Shown one piece after another: positions 14,411 to 32,900 of a DNA stretch of 64,000 nt (the first letter of the stretch is position 1; each line of letters begins with the position of its first letter). The stretch is taken from NCBI RefSeq assembly GCF_009914755.1, contig NC_060940.1; one strand, written 5' to 3'. Source of the DNA: the human T2T-CHM13v2.0 reference genome, Homo sapiens. The notes under the pieces are model-generated. The model had not been told where the DNA came from. It was given only the letters and a program-made list of their open reading frames with translations, and made no database searches. Made by a program: the position numbers and the translations under genes.

Positions 14411-14899
14411 TCTCATTGTGTTTCAAACAAAATTTCTTTTGCATATCAACTGTGTCAGCTTGCATATTAACTATAATCATTTTGTTTACTTTATATCCAA
14501 TCTTGAGAAATCTCTGAGGACTAATTTCACTCTTTTCTGCCATTTTGGTAAACATACCAAATGCCATCAAATAAAATGCACAAAATTCCTGAGAAATACA
14601 TTTTCTCCTTGAGGAGTAGACTTGCTGTGTTAGAGGAACTCATGGTTATCAAGCTTCCAGTTTAATAAACATGACTAGAATTCTCTATCTTAATATGAGT
14701 AGCTAGGTACTCACAAGGCATCTAGAAGGTTAATACCTATAGTCTGAAAATAGCCACATTTTTTTACTGGCCACAAATTACAATTGCAGAATATTTATGG
14801 CCATACAAGACATCTTCCACCAAGCCTGAAAAATGTATAAATATCCTAGGAGTGCAGCATTTTTTGTTAAAGATAATATTAATGAGCTAGCTTAGGTCA

Positions 14900-18175
<3,276 letters not shown>

Positions 18176-18184
18176 GCTTATTCT

Positions 18185-18313
18185 GGGAGCCCAATCGGAG
18201 GCTGAGGGAGGTGGGCGCGGGGCTATTTAAGCGTTGGCGGAGGCCGGGCTGGGTCGCTGCGCGTCTGCTCCTCCTTCTCGCGCTTCTGCTGCCGCCCTAA
18301 TCCTGCCTTGGCC
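18185..18313 (+). promoter_or_regulatory. Core promoter/5'UTR of the tubulin pseudogene
   Basis: CCAAT at 18191, GC-box-like gtgggcgcggggc, TATA-like TATTTAA at 18224-18230, CpG island, gccATGA at 18314. Confidence 0.7.
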
Positions 18314-20480
<2,167 letters not shown>

Positions 20481-20637
20481 AACTCTCCTTTTCTAGGTAA
20501 AGTGGGGAAGCAGTGTGGATTCTTTACTGTGTTCTGACAGCCATGTGTCACTGTGCGCTTGTTCATTTGTGTCTTCACATCTCCTGCTGCATTTTAAAGC
20601 ATTTGTATAGTATGCGGTTTTGCCTAATAAAGTGTTC

Positions 20638-21520
20638 TCACAGCATCTGGTTTCACCTCCATCTTCTTTCCATGGGCCCTCCGGCAACTGCTGCCAGATG
20701 CGCATAGTTGTCCTGCAAGGCGGAAGCTGTCTGGGCTTATCACATGCCCAGGAACAAGCATTCCAGTGGCTCCAGGAGGGCTCGGCATGGGCTGTGGACA
20801 TGGCAGGCAGGCTTCACGTGAACTTGGGGATGCCCTGGGCCTTGGGCAGCGACGTGGGGGAAAACCTGTTCCTGAAGAAAAGCCTTGGCTTACCCCATGT
20901 ACCAAACTTCTAGGGGACCAGCTGGCCATGTTTCTGGAACTTTGTCCACCAGGGTCGCTGACCCCTTTTAATGTCCCCAAAGTCCCATCTTGGAGTAGGA
21001 ATGTGGTCAGACAGCTGGCTCTGAACCAGCAATGAAGGGTGGGCAAGTGGGACCCCAGCCACTCCATCACCACGATGGCCTGGGTGTGATTGTGTGGCCT
21101 CATTCTCTTAATGAGGTGGGCATGGGGTATCTGGCAGGGACTAGGCAGGAATTGAGCACAGTGTTTGCTAACATGCACTGAACCCTATGTAGAAGGGGAT
21201 TAGGTCCTGGGGGCTGCAGATGTGGTTGCTGGGCCTGTGACATGCACTGAACCCTATGTAGAACCCTATGCAGCCCCTTGAAACTTCCCAGGATGGCTGG
21301 TTTGGGGGTTTGTCACCTTATTTTTCTCCCTCTGGTTTTAGCCACTGTAGGCCAGTTTGTTCACAGATTTTTACCAACTTTGGCTCATTTCATTACCTTA
21401 TCAGAGGTGGGAATTCTGAGGTCCCTAAGCCAGAGGCTTTCGGGGATGTGGCTCCCTCTGCCGCCCTGGCAGGGAGGACGCAGGCGTCCCAGGTGGAGCC
21501 TCTGACCTAGAGCCTTTGGC
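20638..21520 (-). pseudogene. Decayed FAM166A (CIMIP2A) duplicate, tail-to-tail with the tubulin copy
   Basis: Minus strand gives PSNHICSPQDLIPFYIG (21233-21183) and ALQDNYA...GSSCRRAHGK...NQML* (~20724-20638), versus FAM166A PSNHIYSSQGLIPFYMG and [20 protein letters not shown]...NHTL* as recalled. Weaker similarity near 21460-21520. Confidence 0.75.
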
Positions 21521-22974
21521 TCTAGAGCCTGGAGCCTTACCGCAAGGCTGCCTCTGTGGGTTTGGCGTCGGGAAACAACCCAGCCTGGAGCCCAGGCTGC
21601 TGGTTATCTGGAGACAGCCTCCCCGTAAGATTTCTCTGAGACAAGAAACAATTATGCAAATTATCCTAATTCTGTTTTAAAGAATAGAGAGATTGATTGC
21701 AGAGACAAACCATTTAGGCAGGCAATGTAGAAGGTGTTTCCATGGCTAATCTGCCTTCAAAGGAGAGGGATTTTGTTTGTAAACTTCAGACCCAGAAAAT
21801 TGATTGTTCTGTCAACTTTAGATAATTATCTGTCCTCCCTGAGGCCCTAAGCTTAGCAGAAATGTTCTTCCTCTGAATCCGTACTCAGCTTTGGATCTCT
21901 GTTGGGTTCCCTGTAGAGTGCTAAATCAGATTCCCCCAAAGCAGTGGATCAGGAGCCTTCCTCCAGCCACAGTGCCCATCCTGCATGCAGAAGAATCGAC
22001 AGAGGGACGGGAGGGCTGCAGAGCTGGCACTGTGTCCATGGAGGGGCTGGTGGGGACTCACTGTTCAGGGGACAGGGGAGGCAGAGTCCACACTCAACTG
22101 CTGCGTGGAGATGGGCATGAAGGGCAGGCAGGTCTGGCCTTGGCCTTGCGGTTTGTTTCCATTAAAGACCTTCAAGACCAGAAGGGACGAATAGGGCCGG
22201 ACTATGCAGGGAGAGAAGAGGTTCTAGGGAACTGAGTTCCGAAGTCTTCATCTTCTCACTGTGCAGTGGGGTTCGCCTATAAAGCAGGCTGCTTGTCCTC
22301 GGGAGAGCTCATTGTGGAGAAACATCACTGGACAGAGCCCCTCCTTATCTGCATCAGACTCCTCTGGTCTCCCCGGTTGCATTTTTCTCTGCCCCTAAGG
22401 GCACCTGTCCCTGGAGAGGCTCTCAGGACAGTATCCTGGACACCCCCTGCCTGGACACCCCTTGCCTGGCACCCCTCCTCTCCACAATGTCGTCAGAGAG
22501 CTCCACCTGCCCTTCTAGCCCCCTGGTCCAGCACTGCTGGTCATGAGGTTTGGGCCCTGTGACCTGCCCAGATCCAAGCTGTGGGGAAAGTTTGCTGAGA
22601 CCAGTTTGGGGAACAGAGGGGCCTTGTTGTACCATTTGTTCTGGGCACAGGGGACCTCCTGCATCATCTATCTCCTCCATGAGATGCTAGTTTCAGGGAT
22701 TCCTTGGGGACACTGGAGAGCAGGGCTGGCTCAGGCAGGGGCCTGACCATAGTCCAGACAGTGCAGACCCTACCTGAGGTGCCACACGGGCCCTCATCAG
22801 TCTTCTCTTCACACAGTGGAGTCACTCCTGTGCCTCCCCTGTCTGCACTCCATTGAGCCGGGAAAGGCCTGCAGTAGCCAATGCCCACATTTGAGTTTCA
22901 AATGTGAATATACCCAGGGATTGCAATTTACCAAAAGATGAAGGAAAAGGCCTCTCCCAGTACTTGGTCAACAT

Positions 22975-23235
22975 TATTCTGTGGTATTTTTCAGATGAAA
23001 TTAGCATTTAAGCCAGTATACTTTTAGTAAAGCAGATTATGCTCCATAATGTGGGTGGGTCTCATCCAATCAGTTGAAGGCCTTAAAGGAAGAAATACCT
23101 CCCAGGGGAAGAGGGAATTCTGCCCCTGGACTCAAGCCACTCTTCCTTGGATTCTAGCCACTGTAATCACACGAGACAATTCTGGACATCTCCTCCTCTC
23201 TTTTCTGTTTCTCTGGAAAACCCTGACTAATGCAA
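22975..23235 (+). mobile_element. MLT2-type LTR fragment
   Basis: agtaaagcagattatgctccataatgtgggtgggtctcatccaatcagttgaaggcct ... ctggaaaaccctgactaatgca. Confidence 0.75.
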
Positions 23236-23586
23236 TTCTTGTTAAGCTGCTTTTAAGAAGTGTGAAGAAAATATTAAAAAGTTGTAACTAAGAATTTTGA
23301 GTGGACGATCTAATTATTTCACACTGGCTGAGATCTCCCTGATGTTGACATTGCAATGACACTGTGCACTTCTTGGGGTAAGAAAAAGTGCAGCCTCAGT
23401 ATCCCTCCCACTAAATAGGAAGGCAAATTGCCATTTCCCGAAAAGTCCAGAATAGTAAGTAGGTTGACGAGTAACTCTTGAAGTTACATAAGACAAATCA
23501 GTTGCAACAGAGGATCATAAACCCCTCGTGTACGGAAGGAAAACAAGTTTGTCAATGTGCAAACTGTAAGTCTAAGTTCCTACTTC

Positions 23587-24179
23587 TGTAAAAAGTAGAG
23601 TTTCCTCTTCAAAGACTTTCCTTCCCATCTCATTAGAAATAAATAGTAACTTCTCTTAGAAGCAAAATTTATTCAAAGACCTGTGCTAACATTGTTAAAT
23701 ATCTGCTAGCCCTAATAAAGAAATCAATGTACTTTATGATCTTAGCTCCCACAATTTAGCCTAAATATTTGCCCTGGCATGCTTATACTAGTCCAAGCAA
23801 GCTTTAGGTCATTGCCTGTTCCTCTTCTTTATTCGAAGGTGTTTTTACTTTTTTCAGCATTCCACAAGTTACTTCCTCCTTCCTTCGTTCTCCTCTGCCT
23901 TTTCCTCTTTAAAAAAGTTCTAAGTTGCTAGCCAATCGGGACAAATACAGAATGTGAGGTCCCGTTCCAGCCTCTGGAAACTGGACACAGCAGTAGGGTG
24001 GATGCATCAGGTTATAAATGACCCTGTCTCCTTTGCTCAGTATACTGTTGTGGCAAAACTGCTGGCGAGTGTACACTTTCTGCAGAAATTAAAAAAAAAT
24101 AAAAATGGCCTTGCTGAGGAAATTAAATTTACATTCAAGTGCTAGTTCTTTACTGCACTGGGAACAAGCATTTCAAACA
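23587..24179 (+). mobile_element. ERV1 solo LTR, LTR10-family-like
   Basis: TGT...ACA termini, near-TSD ACTTC/ATTTC, internal CCAAT and TATAAA, ctagccaatcgggacaaatacagaatgtgagg motif. Confidence 0.7.
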
Positions 24180-24399
24180 ATTTCAACCCTGCTGGACTGC
24201 ATCAAGTGAGGGCCGGGATGGAAAAGCGGCCGTGCCGAGGTGCCCCGGAAGCAGCCTCCGGAGTGTGCGTCAGAGTTTCTGGCCATTTCAGCTAAGACTT
24301 TTCTTCTGACAGACTAGAAGTGAAAAAAAGAATTATTTACTTTGCTGGGAAATGTGACAGAAGGTTAAAATTCTACTAGTTCACAAAATATTTGAAGCT

Positions 24400-25030
24400 A
24401 ACTTTGTTTTTATAAATAAAATTGTATTTACAATTTAAGTTTTAGTTCTCATCCTTGCTGTTATAAAAGTTATTCTAAGTTATGTCAGTCTTTGAGGGTA
24501 AATGTAGAGTATTTAAAATAGCTTATATTTGGAAAACTGAACAGTGTTTGTTGTCATGATTTTACTTTGTTCTTGACCACATTGGTCCCAGAGAAAGTCA
24601 AGGTCTTCAGCCACGGATTCAAGATTCTTGTGGCAGCTGCTGATTTCTTTTCCAACAATGCTTGGGCCTCATCAGCGTCATGTTTGTGCACTACCTCAGC
24701 CCCAACCACAGACATGGGCAGGAGGAACAGAGCTCTACCGTGTAGCGTCACTGCCAGTAAGAGTCTGGCTCTCCCATGAAGCATTACTCTTCCTCTGCAT
24801 GTATCTTAGAATTTCAAAAGCCATTTGGCCTCCATTTCTTTAGATTGTGGATAAGATCCATAAACTTGTACTGGGGTCACTGTTCCTCCAGCCTCTTTAG
24901 CACGTATCTGCAGTCTCATTTCCAGGCTGTTTCCTCTATGGGCCACTGCCTGCAGAATTCCCAGATGAATCCACTGCCCATTCCCTGTAGCCACATCTCC
25001 AAATCCACAGCCGTTCTCAGCAGCTGCCTG
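24400..25030 (-). pseudogene. Processed pseudogene of VBP1 (prefoldin subunit 3)
   Basis: Intronless, frameshifted remnants GCGFGDVATGNGQWIHLGILQAV, QPGNETADT, QYKFMDL, EILRYMQRK, DADEAQALLEK and NLESVAEDLDFLWDQ match VBP1 (GEMATGNGRRLHLGIPEAV, QPGNETADT, KYKFMEL, EILKYMQKK, DIDEAQALLEK, NLDSLEEDLDFLRDQ). Confidence 0.88.
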
Positions 25031-26570
25031 CACACTCACATCCCAGAGGTCAAGTTGCCACAGCTGGTGTGTGTTTCCAGCCACTAGGCAACCCCAGGTC
25101 TTCATCTGAGCACCCAGGGCCAGAAGTCTCACCCTGTCCCCCGTACCATCCCTTCCCAGCCAGCCACAGTTTCCTTCCTTCTGTTGCCCACACAGTGCTC
25201 TCAGCCCCAGATGCCCTTCCTGACACTTCCTCCCAAGGAAACCCAAGTCCTCCGTCAGGGTCCACCCAAATGTCCACACCCTCTGGTAGCCTGCCCAGCC
25301 CCAGAGGCTCCCCTGAGCTCCCTTCCCCCATTAGAGCCTACAGAGGCAGTGCTGCCCAGCAGACATCTCGGCTGGGAGTCAAACAGAGCAAGGCTATTTT
25401 GGTCCCTCTCTCCACTCTATGTGACCCTGAAATGTGCCCTGGCCTTAGGAAACATTCAGCTACATCAGAGAACGTGAGTATGCATGTGGTTTGTATAACA
25501 CAGGCAAGACATGGTTTTTAGATACGTTCAGAATAGATAGTTACAGAGAACAGGTATGTTACATGTGGGAAGGAAGAGACACAAGGGCCAAGAGATACTT
25601 AATATGCATGAGGCTCCTGGGCACTAAATGTTCAATTCACAATGTGCCTTTATACAAGAGACACCTAAACATGCAGAACCATGGGGCCTTTGTTCACCAC
25701 CATTCCTGGTGCCCATTCTGGTCCCATGCGTCCTCTGCCCAAGAAACACGTAGAACCCATGGCAGTGCGACAGCTGCTTCTTGGCAACGCCACCATGATC
25801 AGGCACACTTGTCCCATGTCTGTCCCGTTGAGCCGGTGTGTGTCATAAGCCCTTAAGCTGTGAGCACTCTTGCCCAGACCTCGGCTCTGGTCCTCGTGGT
25901 CACACCTGAGTGGGTGAGGTTGACTAGCAGAGAAAGAAGAGAACCGATGAATGTTGACAGCACAGGAATCAGGTCATACGGCCCTCCCATCTCCTTCCCT
26001 CAGCTTCTTGCTGTGTTTTACGAATGGATTTTATAAACCTGTGATTTGAGCATCCTCAGTTGCTTCTCGAGCCTTTCCGCTCCATGAACTCTGGGACAGC
26101 TTGCCTGGTACTGCAACTGGAGGACATCATTGCATCCAGAGAGCTTCCCACATGACAGTCTGTGAGCAAGGGACTTCGCCTCCCTGGATGGTGGTTTTCT
26201 TTTATGTAAAAGATGTGATCGTAGTCTCTATTTCTCAAGGGTGCTGTGAGAAACACACAGAATAAGTCCACGTGAAAGTGTGTGGCAGGTAGCGGATGCT
26301 CAGTAACGTGAAGCCTGCCCTTCCCATAGCCTTTCTCTTCCTCCACTGGGTCTAGACTTCACATTGTCCCATGGTTCCAGATCCTTGGTTCATCCCGAGT
26401 CTTATCATCATCCCAGAAGCTTGGAGGGAGCTCCTGGGGAAATCCAGCTTCACGGTCCCACACTGATCACTTCCCCTGGGCATGGCCTGGTAAATGCAGC
26501 TCAGATCCGCTCCCCAGGCAAGTCAAGGAAGTTGCTGCCCAGAAACCAAGTGAGGACATTTACAAGAACT

Positions 26571-26576
26571 GGCGGC

Positions 26577-26626
<50 letters not shown>
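26571..26626 (+). repeat. GGCGGCGG(CAG)15CAA trinucleotide repeat
   Basis: Counted directly: CAG from 26579 to 26623. Confidence 0.97.
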
Positions 26627-26627
<1 letters not shown>

Positions 26628-29600
26628 TGGATTTGCTTTTTCACCAGAGGATCCAGATTTCCCTGTGGCCTCGCAAACAAAAAAGAAGGAAGACGGAGCA
26701 GCACAGTCATTCCTTTGTGAAAAAGGCATTCAGGTAACTGAGTGACTCAGCAAGCCTGGGTCTTGGGGAAATTACGAATACCTGGTTGAAGGACAGTCCT
26801 CAGGCAGAGCCCCTGAGACCTGTTGAACTCTAGAGTGTGGGAGCAGAGGAGATTCAGGGCCTGCCCAGGGGCAGAGTGCCCCCAGGACTCGCCCTGGCTC
26901 AGTTAAGGACTCCCCTCAGGATCTGCAGAGGTGCAAGGCAGGGTGCAGCTCTGCCTGGACTGAGCTGGAAATGCAGCCGTGTGGCTGAAGTGGCCACTTC
27001 CTGCTTTCTGTAAAGCAGCCACAGGGACCTGTGAACAGGTAAGACCATTGCTCTTGATTACTGAAGAACTAGAACCCAGGCTCCCTTGACCTTCTCTCCA
27101 AAAACCCAGATGACACGAGGACCCTCTCCCAGCTGAAGGGGCAGATTCATGCTTTAGAGTGTGGGGAGTCAGCGTGGGGGCACGTGAGTGTTTAGCTTAG
27201 GTGTGGGCCTCACAAAAGAGTCAAAACAAGTCAGCCAGGACTCCAGCAGCCTTCATTGTGTGAGAGATGCCAGCACTGTGGCCACAGCCTGACAGCTGCG
27301 CAGGCCACATAATGTGTGGGGCCGAGTGGAAAACGTGGGTTTTTTGTTGTTGTTGTTGTTCAAAATCATGAGCTTCCAGGGGCGGCAGCAGAACTTTAAA
27401 CTACTCTGGGGCCCTTCTGAGCACAGGACTTGGTATGACTGCACAGGGATACCCAGCAGGCCAAGTGCAGCGACAGAGCGGTCTGCCCAGAGGCCAGCAG
27501 GTCCCCAGTCAGTGTCTGGCACCAGCTCCCTTCATGACCTGGGCTGGCTCAGTTCCACGGGACTCCCAAGGCTGGAGGCTTCCCTGGAACATCATCCTCA
27601 GGGATTTCCCAACAGGAGCAGCCTCTGGCTTCAGATCTGTCCTTGTTTGACTCATAAATTATCACTCAGACTGAGAAAATTAACACTCAGTGATTCCTGA
27701 AAGGGTGCCCAGTGCAATAGATAATTTTCAAAGTGAGTTCATCGGGGGATTTAATAGCCAGGCGATGTCCATTAAAACAGTGACAAACATGGGGAGAAAA
27801 GGAAAAGTTCCAACTGGAAACTCATGCTGGCTTGACAGTTGTTCTCAGGGAGCAGAACAGAAGTGGGCATTTTCATTCTGGTTACACCATCAGCGATACC
27901 TCCACGGAGCCTCTCAGCTGGTTCCTCCTGGGTCTGGGCCACAGGCCTCCCAGTATTGCTGGTCTCAGAAGACATCTGTGGGCAGGTTCTGTAGAGGGAA
28001 TCTGAGGCTGTGTGGGATGAGCTGCAGGACCCCATGTGGGGAAAGGCAGGAGGCAGCACCAGCTCCTTCACTAGGACCTGAGGGTACTGTGGCTCATCAG
28101 GGGCCATCGAGGACATGGAGACCCTGCACAGTGTTTGAGGAGTCCTGCTACATCAGTTTATTCTGGTTTAGGTGGTTGAGGGGAGACTGAGTGAAGTCTT
28201 GGGGATTCAGGGCTACACTGCCAACCTCTGGGACAGCAGCCCCAGTGTCCCCCGACCCAGGCCTTGCTCCTCCCTGCTGATGAATGCCCACTCTGCTCCC
28301 AGATGCACACCTGTCCTGAAGACACCCGGTTCTCATGCTCTTCTCTGCAGCATCTGAATTGGGCATTCCTGGGTAAAGCAGTTTAAGTTACTTTCACTTT
28401 TATCCACCTTGTTTCCGTTATTTCAACCATGCATGTACCTTGTGTATGTAGGATAAAGGTGTCTAAGAATAAAGGTCCATGATTTAAAGTTTTTTCCTCT
28501 TCTTTCCCTGTCCTGACCACCTGATCATAAACTTGTAGAAATAAAGTGGATCTCATGTTGTGTATCTTTCGATGCATCTAGAGAGATGGTTATATTCATA
28601 TAAATAAACGGGCACATCCAGCACACTATTTCTAGTTGTCGTCTGCTAATAAGTTTACATCTGGTAAATGCCAGTGTTTCATCAAATGGCTGCATTGCAC
28701 ATGAGTCAATCTGTGTGACAAAGAATATGGCAGGTTTTGTACAGCCTTTGTAAAGACATTCTTCAATGCTGCCTTTTAAAATAGAAATGTTAAATCCTGT
28801 AACTAATCAACCTATGCCTTGTTAGAGGGCTGACATTTTCAATAATTCCTTTACAAAGGGTAGTGAGATGCATCAGATCCCCCAGTGGCCCCCAAGTAGG
28901 GACAGTGACAGTCAGCAGTTCTTTACGGACACCTGCTCGTTGGCAGGTTCTCCGCCAGCCCTGGCTGCGGGCGGCCCTCATCTAACAAGATGCTTCGGTC
29001 CATGGGTGGAGGACAAAGGCCTACAGGCTTGGGGAGCGAGTTCTTTCGTCTCCTACATGACCTTCATCTGCTCGCGTTTCCCACGAAGTGCATCTGGGTT
29101 GGAAGGAGATGGTGGTTTCCCACGGAAGTCTGGTCCCTAAGTGACGCCTCTGCTGCCTACATCAGAATCTCCCAGGCTTGCTCCACAGTGGTCCCGTCAC
29201 GTGGTGCAGACTCAGGCGCGGTCTTGTGTGTGCAGAGGCAGGCTTGGTCTTGTGTGCTCTTGATCATGCACCTAGTCACATCTGTTCTACAGTGTTGCAT
29301 TCTTCTAATTTCCATGCACATCTTTGTATAGGCGTGTTCCCATTGTTCCCATGCCAATAAGTGGTGTGCAAGGTTCCAGAGTGCGCCAGTATTTCTTTAG
29401 TCAGTGTCATGCTGTTGGATATTCAGGTTTTTTTAACCTAGTGTAAATAACATTCACATTTCTAAAAACCAGAAGAGTGTTTGTGATTAAGATATCATCT
29501 TAGTGGATATTAAATTGCTGCATCTGATTTCATTTCTCTTTCCCAAATAAAGAGTCAGTTGTGTGGGCTAGTCTCATTCTGAAACTGCACACTCCCATCC

Positions 29601-30334
29601 CAGAGGTAGAAAGCGAGATCTCCTGCCTGCATTTCATGGAGCATGTGATTATGGAGGTGTCCAATCCCAGCAAACAGACCCCACATTCTTTTCCTTCAGT
29701 GACTCAGACGCAATATGTGGACAGTCCCAGACAGTATCGCTCCCTCACGTTCATTAACCTCCAGAGATTAAACATCACCTGATACACAGAACTGTGGGCT
29801 CCCCATTTGGCTAAGCATCAGGTGCAGCCAGGTTCTTACCTAGGTGCACGTGACAAGGTGCTGCCAGATGCCACCAGCACAGACAGTCAGTGAGCCCACC
29901 TCATCAGAGGGCACATGAGATCCCCAAATGCGAAAGAACTCTAAGGAGCCAAAATCTGCCAAGATGGGTACATTAAAGCTTGCAACTTTGCACGTGAGTG
30001 CACCCTCAGACTCAGCCAGTTTATTCTCCTTTGCAGTCCATTCTGAAAAGTCCAGCCAGATGATGGCTAAAGAGGAGAGAATGGAAGGTGGAAGGCGGTT
30101 GCTGCTTGCAGAAGAGGCACGCTGGCAGCATTGGCAGGGAGGAAGAGACTGGAAACTGAGTAGCAGATCCGAGAAACCAAAATGCTCAGCAAATGAGGGC
30201 AGGTGGCATGGAGCTACTTCCCTGGATCCAAGAGCCTAATTACCTTATTGTTCCATAAGTTCATGGCCTGCGGTCATCAGGGAAAATAAAACACTGACTG
30301 GGGGTCAGTCTTTTCTGTTTAGAGGAGGCTCCCT

Positions 30335-30561
30335 GAAACCTCCCCCTCCCGGGTTCAAGCGATTCTCCTGCCTCAGCGTCCCGAGTAGCTGGAACTATAG
30401 GCGCCCGCCACCACTCCCGGCTAATTTTTTTTTTTTTTTTTTTTTGTAGAGACGGGGTTTCACCGTGTTAGCCAGGATGGTCTCGATCTCCTGACCTCGC
30501 GATCCGCCCGCCTCGGCCTCCCAAAGTGCTGGGATTACAGGCGTGAGCCACCGCGCCCGGC
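30335..30561 (-). mobile_element. Young (CpG-rich, AluY-like) partial Alu
   Basis: caccgtgttagccaggatggtctcgatctcctgacctcgcgatccgcccgcc diagnostic motif. Confidence 0.85.
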
Positions 30562-31060
30562 TTCAGCTGGTTTTTCAAAAGTCATGGCGTGTAACTGTCC
30601 GAACAGTGAACTTCGGAGATCCACCGGAGGGGCGAGGCCACAGCTCGACCGCGAGCACCTGAGCATCCTGCACCGCCTGCGACGGCCGTCAGGGGGCGCG
30701 ATGCCGCCTCACAGAACCTCAAGAGGCGCCCGGGTTCCGGCACAGACGGCCTGCGGCTCCAGGGGGCGGAACCGAGCCGTCTCCTCAGGACCTACGCAGG
30801 AGGCGCCGTCATCCCTACAGGGACACCTGAGAGGGCCCAGCCTCCTCCTCCTCAGGACCTACTCGGGAGACGCCGCTGGCTCTCTAGGAACACCTGGGGA
30901 CCGTGGCCAGGGACGACCCAGCCTCCTTCTCCTCAGCTCCTCAGGAACGACTGGGGAAGCTGTGGCTTCATGGTCCCCGAGGCTGCCCGAGGAAAGGTGA
31001 GGAAAAAGCTTTCTGTCCCGGCTCAGTGCTGAGGAGGCCGCGCTGCCTCGCGCTCCACTT
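30560..31060 (+). promoter_or_regulatory. CpG island with CTCF-like motifs and a splice donor (cassette copy B)
   Basis: CCGTCAGGGGGCGC at 30686; AAG|GTGAGG at 30997. Confidence 0.65.
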
Positions 31061-31974
31061 TCTCAAGTTGTATTTATTTTATTTGACAAAGTGGCCCGTC
31101 ATTAAGTGGCTTTGCTATTCATTATTGCAGCATACCTGAGTTGTTTCATTTTTTAATTTTTGACCAATTTGGGTTTGTTTGGGGTGGATCCGGGACAGAG
31201 AAGGGAGAAACCCTGAGGGCAACATGGAGAGCCCCAGGGAGACGCGCACCCCACGACTTGCTTTTATTTGCGTTCCAGTGGCTCGTTTTTCTTAGAGTGT
31301 TAAAGTACTTGAAAAATATTGAAGAGCAGATGTAGATGTGAGTTTTCACAACCGTGTTTTAAGTGTAAATACTGGATTTTGTCTGTTAAAAGGATTTTAG
31401 GTAAAATAAATTTAAGCGGACTTTATTTCGGCAAAGGAATGGTTCATGAATCACGCGGGAAGCACCAGAACGGAAATCGGCTTGGGGCTTCGAGCTCTTA
31501 GGGTGGCCCCTAAGTGAGGCTCCTCAGTGGCTCCAGCTAGGCCACCGCCTGTTGTGGGGATGGTTCCCTCAGCGTCCCTAGTCATACAGCCAACTGGCTG
31601 CTGGGCTTTTTGGCATTGACTGTGGTTGGTTTGTTAATTTTTTTAAGTCAGTTCAAATGCCTCCAAGTTCGGTTTCTGTTTGCTTAGGGAAGGCCTCAGG
31701 CTAACCCCCGCCGTATTTGCTTTAACATGTCAAAACCATAATTTATTTTTCATTTTACTTTCCTGGCATTAATAGAAGTAAATTCACATTTGTGTGTTAT
31801 TCAGAAAGTCGGTTTAATTGGCAACCTATTTGTGATGGTGCATAAAGTAATGTCTTTTAATCATTGGCATCTTAGATTAGATGAAATATGTTAACTCTCT
31901 TAAGCTTTGTTATTAACCCATAACAAGAGTTAAGTTTCTTTTTTTCTCCTAGGCTTTGACCATTTAAAATACAC

Positions 31975-32900
31975 TCAGGCATCTCGTAACGATGTTATAC
32001 TTTCTGAGAAATCTGTCCTTAGGTGATTTCATCTTTGTGTGAACACTGTAGAGTGTCCTTATAAAACTTAGATGGTGTAGCCCACTCCACACCTAAGTTA
32101 CATAGTATAGCCTATTGCTCCCAGGCTACGAACCTGTACAGCATGTCTCTGTACTGAATGCTGTAGTCAACCATAACACCATGGTGATTGTAGATTGTGA
32201 TCCCAGAATATCTGAGACAGGTCTCAGTCAATTTAGAAAGCTTATTTTGCCAAGATTAAGGACACGCCCATGACACAGCCTCAGGAGGTCCTGACGACGT
32301 GTGTCCAAGGTGGCCAGGGTAGAGCTTGCTTTTGTACATTTTAGGGATACATGAGACGTGTAAGATGTACAGTCATTTGGCCCCGTAAGGCAGGACAACT
32401 GTAAGCAGGAAGTGGGGGTGCTTCCAGGTCAGAAGTAGGTTAGAGACAAAAGGTTGCATTCTTTTGAATCCTTCATCAGCCTTCCACTGAATACACAATT
32501 TAGTCTGGCTCAATGAATCTGCATTTTTACATAAATAATAGGGCAGAGGAAGCAATCAGATATGCATCTGTCTCAGGTGAGGGATGACTTTGAGTGCTGT
32601 CTGTCCTTTGTCCAAAAGGAAATTCTTTGTGGGCAAATTGTGAGTGAGGTATGTAGCTTTTTATCTTTGTAGCTATCTTAGGAATAGAATGAGGGCAGGT
32701 TTGCCTGACATAGCTCCCAGCTTGACTTTTCCCTTGGCTTAGTGATTTGGGGGTCCTGAGATTTATTTTCCTTTCATGGTATCAGAACAGAGAAAAGGTA
32801 ATGCGTTGAGCCATGAGCTTATGACAAGATGGCTAGGAAGGAATTTTTCAGCTCCATTTTTATCTCATGGGACCACCATCGTATGTATGCAATGCACGAG
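31975..32900. mobile_element. Tigger3/MER7-type DNA transposon remnant split by a MER4-type LTR (~32197-32775, minus)
   Basis: tatagcctattgctcccaggctac...cctgtacagcatgt and ttttcagctccat...tgggaccacc flank tctgagacaggtctcagtcaatttagaaag ... gtcctgagatttattttcctttca. Confidence 0.75.

Noticed and set aside
26364-26729. PolySer, polyLeu and polyAla ORFs
   Set aside because: They are alternative frames of the CAG repeat, and 15 units is well below pathogenic lengths.
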